The position numbers and the translations under genes were made by a program. The notes beneath the pieces were generated by a model. The model searched no databases. It was not told the DNA's origin and saw only the letters and a list, made by a program, of their open reading frames with translations. A stretch of 64,000 nt of DNA from the human T2T-CHM13v2.0 reference genome, Homo sapiens: assembly GCF_009914755.1 (NCBI RefSeq), contig NC_060947.1, one strand, 5' to 3'. Shown here piece by piece: positions 60,110-64,000 of this stretch (its first letter is position 1; every line of letters begins with the position of its first letter).

Positions 60110-60470
60110 ATTTCTGCCTTCTTTTCTCATCCCCGGAAGCAACCAACTTTAACAGTCTCTTGTATATCCTCTTTGAAAGGTTTATGACTATACAACCATC
60201 ATTTTTATTATACAAAGTGTATCACACATACTATCTTGCTACTTTTTATCCACTTAATATATATTTGAAGATACTTCCCTTCATGTTTATAAAGAGCAGG
60301 TGTCTTCTTTTTGAATTGTTGCAAGCTACTCTAATGCATGGATGTACCAGGATTTATTTAGTCCTCTACTGATAGGCATTTAACTTGTTTCTAATCTTTG
60401 GTTAGTACAAAAAAGTACACAAACAGCATCCTTGTACATATTTCTTTGCTTATACATGACAGTATTTTTT
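60110..60470 (-). mobile_element. Ancient L1ME-type fragment
   Basis: ctactgataggcatttaacttgtttctaatc…catccttgtacata. Confidence 0.6.
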
Positions 60471-60554
60471 TTACTACGTTCTGTGTACCTCTTTATAACT
60501 CTTTTAATTTTTATTATTTTTTATTTTTTTGACACAGTTACAGGAGTCTGCCTC

Positions 60555-60960
60555 TTTTTAAACATTTAATACTTACTATGTAGAAGGCAAAGGTGCTCCG
60601 CTAGGTGTTGGGAATGCAAAATAGTCTAAGACAGCGGCTCTACACTCATGACATTTTTAATGGAATTGGATAAACAAGATGCTGATAAAGATAAAGAAGC
60701 AAAGTAATGTATGATTTCTAATTTATGGATGATACTGCAAGTTTAGAGTCAGAGGAACTTAGAGAACAAAAAGATCATTTGAGTCTGCAATAGTATGAGG
60801 CAATGGATGGGAGTTGAGCTATTCTCTAAAGCAAGGGCAGGCATTAGATAAAGGAATAATAGAAGGGAACATATCCAGGCAGGAAAAACAGTGTGAAAAA
60901 ATCATGGAAATGGAAAGGTACATTGCATGTTTTGCAGGATACCATTTTGGTCAATTTAGG
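60555..60960 (-). mobile_element. L2 fragment
   Basis: aacatttaatacttactatgt…ctaggtgttgggaatgcaaaa. Confidence 0.55.
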
Positions 60961-61300
60961 GTAATGACATATCGACAACAGTAAAATTCAAGCAAAAGCG
61001 ATTCATACTTCCAAAGAGTATTTTTGCTATAAAATTGTTCTAAACTAAGCCCAGTTCAGCAGACAACAAAAAAAACCAAAACATGAACATTGAATCATAG
61101 CAACCCCTAGCTTTCTTCACTAAAATTATTTTAGGGTCATTTTTCTATGTCCAAAGAAAATGTCTGGAATTACCTGGTTTTGGCACTTTGATTTTGTAAA
61201 TCCTCTTGAGGAATTGCTCAGTCAACAACCCTATTGAATATCTATCATGTACTAGATGCTAAACCTACCGTATTGAGTAAGACATAAAACCTGTCCTTGA

Positions 61301-61717
<417 letters not shown>

Positions 61718-61954
61718 TGATTATAACGTCAATAGTTCTATTGATCTCACTCCATAATTTGTAGAGAGATTAGTGTTTATTAAAAGCAAAGAAAAACAAA
61801 TCAAAAAAAGAAAAAGGCCTTAGTAAATTCGGGAGGTAGTTTTTAAGGCAAACTGTTCAAAGTAAATCCAGTACTTTTTTATTATTATTGTTATGATTAT
61901 TATTTTGCCAAACAAGATATGGTAACTTGAACAATAAAAAATAAGACACATTTG

Positions 61955-62421
61955 TGTCTGCATTAGCAAAGGTAAATGCTAGTTTGTTGACAAAGGTTAA
62001 AGTAAAAAAATTCTCAGTGGATTACAATGGAAGTTTATTTCTCACTGATATTAAGTCCGCTCGGTAGTTGTGGAAAGGTAATGCCCATGTAGCTAATCTG
62101 GGACTCAGTCTGTCAGAAGCTCTCTCATCTTCAACGTGAATCTTCAAATGTCACACAGGAATTCAACAACCAGCTGGTAGATAGGGGAAGAGAGAGTGTA
62201 TTATTACATCAGAAGTTTTTATGGGTCATGGACCATGTCTGGAAATAACAAAAATAGTGTTACTTCTGTTTCCATTAGCTAGAACTCAACCACATCACCC
62301 CCATCTAATTCCAAGACAGCCAGAAATGCAGACTTTAACTAGGCAGCCACTATTCAATTATAAGTTTACAATATGGATCAGGAGCAAGAATCTTTGGTGG
62401 ATAGCTAGTCATCTCTTCACA
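61955..62421 (-). mobile_element. Old MLT1 LTR
   Basis: gaagtttatttctcact…ttccattagctagaactcaaccacat. Confidence 0.6.
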
Positions 62422-63084
62422 GTGTCCAGTCTCTTCTAAAACAATCTGATTTAGGGCATTCTTATTTGTTTGCATTATTTTTTTCACTAGAACTATTTGC
62501 TTAAGAGTGATTGATAAGAAAATATAGTGAAAGTTTGCATAAACTTCCATGCCAAGAGGTATGATTTCTAGTCAGAACCTTCCTGCAAAGTTTTCTGAGT
62601 ATACAATATGGCATAGGCAACAAAATGTGAGTCCATGTTTCTCTAAAAAAATGGTATTTTCAATGGGTAGATAATTTATTAGTAGCCTGTAAAAGGATTC
62701 TTTTCAATGTATTTCTCTGTTGCTGTAAAAGTCAACCTCCAATTTAAAACCAGGCCAATCATAAAAAATAATTCCTAGGGCTGACAAAAGAGATGTTTGC
62801 TGTATAATTCACTATCAAGTTTAAAGAATGCATAGAAAAAGGTAATAGGATACCCGAGATTTTTTAAAGACCTATTGAAATTTGTATGCTTTCAATTAAT
62901 ATAGCAATATGGTATCTCTATATGGATATAAAACTTCTCAAGTTATTTTTGTTAAGATTCAGTTTTTGAAAGCAGACTACTAAAAACATGTATAATTCTC
63001 CATTTGTGACATCTACTGGGGAATATACACACAAATGTATCCATATAAAAATATTTGTATTTCAAAAATCCAAAGAGCTAATAA

Positions 63085-64000
63085 TTTTTTTCATTATACT
63101 TTAAGTTCCAGGGTACATGTGCACAATGTGCAGGTTACATATGTATACATGTGCCATGTTGGTTTGCTGCACCCATTAACTCATCATTTACATTAGATAT
63201 TTCTGCTAATGCTATCCCTCCCCCATCCCCCCACCCCACGACAGGCCCTGGTGTGTGATGTTCCCTGCCCTGTGTCCAAGTGTTCTCGTCATTCAATTCA
63301 CACCTACGAGTGACAGCATGCAGTGTTTGGTTTTCTGTCCTTTCAATAGTTTGCTCAGAATGATGGTTTCCAGCTTCATCCATGTCGCTACAAAGGACAT
63401 GAACTCATCCTTTTTTATGGCTGCATAGTATTCCATGGCATATATATGCCACATTTTCTTAATCCAGTCTATCACTGACGGACATTTGGGTTGGTTCCAA
63501 GCCTTTGCTATTGTGTATAGTGCCACAATAAACATATGTGTGCATGTGTCTTTATAGTAGCATGATTTTTAATCCTTTGGTATATACCCAGTAATGGGAT
63601 GGCTGGGTCAAATGGTATTTCTAGTTCTAGATCCTTGAGGAATCGCCACACTGTCTTCCACAATGGCTGAACTAGTTTACAGTCCCAACAACAGTGTAAA
63701 AGCGTTCCTAATTCTCCACATCCTCTCCATCACCTGTTGTTTCCTGACTTTTTAATGATCGCCATTCTAACTGGTGTGAGATGGTATCTCATTGTGGTTT
63801 TGATTGGCATTTCTCTGATGGCCAGTGACAATGAGCATTTTTTCATGTGTCTGTTGGCTGCATAAATGTCTTCTTTTGAGAAGTGTCTTTGCATGTCCTT
63901 CGCCCACTTTTTGATGGGGTTGTTTGATTTTTTTCTTGTAAATTTGTTTAAGTTCTTTGTAGATTCTGGCTATTAGCCCTTTGTCAGATGGGTAGATTGC
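63085..64000 (-). mobile_element. L1PA 3' portion (continues past the window)
   Basis: L1 3'UTR and ORF2 C-terminus (MFIVALYTIAKAWNQPKCPS…). Confidence 0.96.

Overview
This is primate (human-like) intergenic or intronic DNA made mostly of transposable-element relics. It holds about 33 Alus, young L1PA 3' fragments, older L1M/L2/MIR pieces, MaLR LTRs (THE1/MST/MLT), many ERV1/MER4-group LTRs, a MER9 solo LTR and DNA-transposon relics. I found no host protein-coding exon or RNA gene; the ORF track is almost entirely repeat-derived. The main feature is a HERV-H provirus (24305-29798) with a 5' LTR7, tRNA-His PBS and decayed gag/pro/pol but no 3' LTR. It is still flanked by a perfect 5-bp target-site duplication (TSD) and ends in CA inside the polypurine tract, which suggests integration of a one-LTR circle. 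Other notable structures are an L1 3' transduction, a fold-back palindromic Alu, an old inverted duplication 30 kb apart, and several small duplications and inversions. Repeat subfamily names come from recalled consensus sequences, not a database search. Boundaries without a quoted TSD are approximate.
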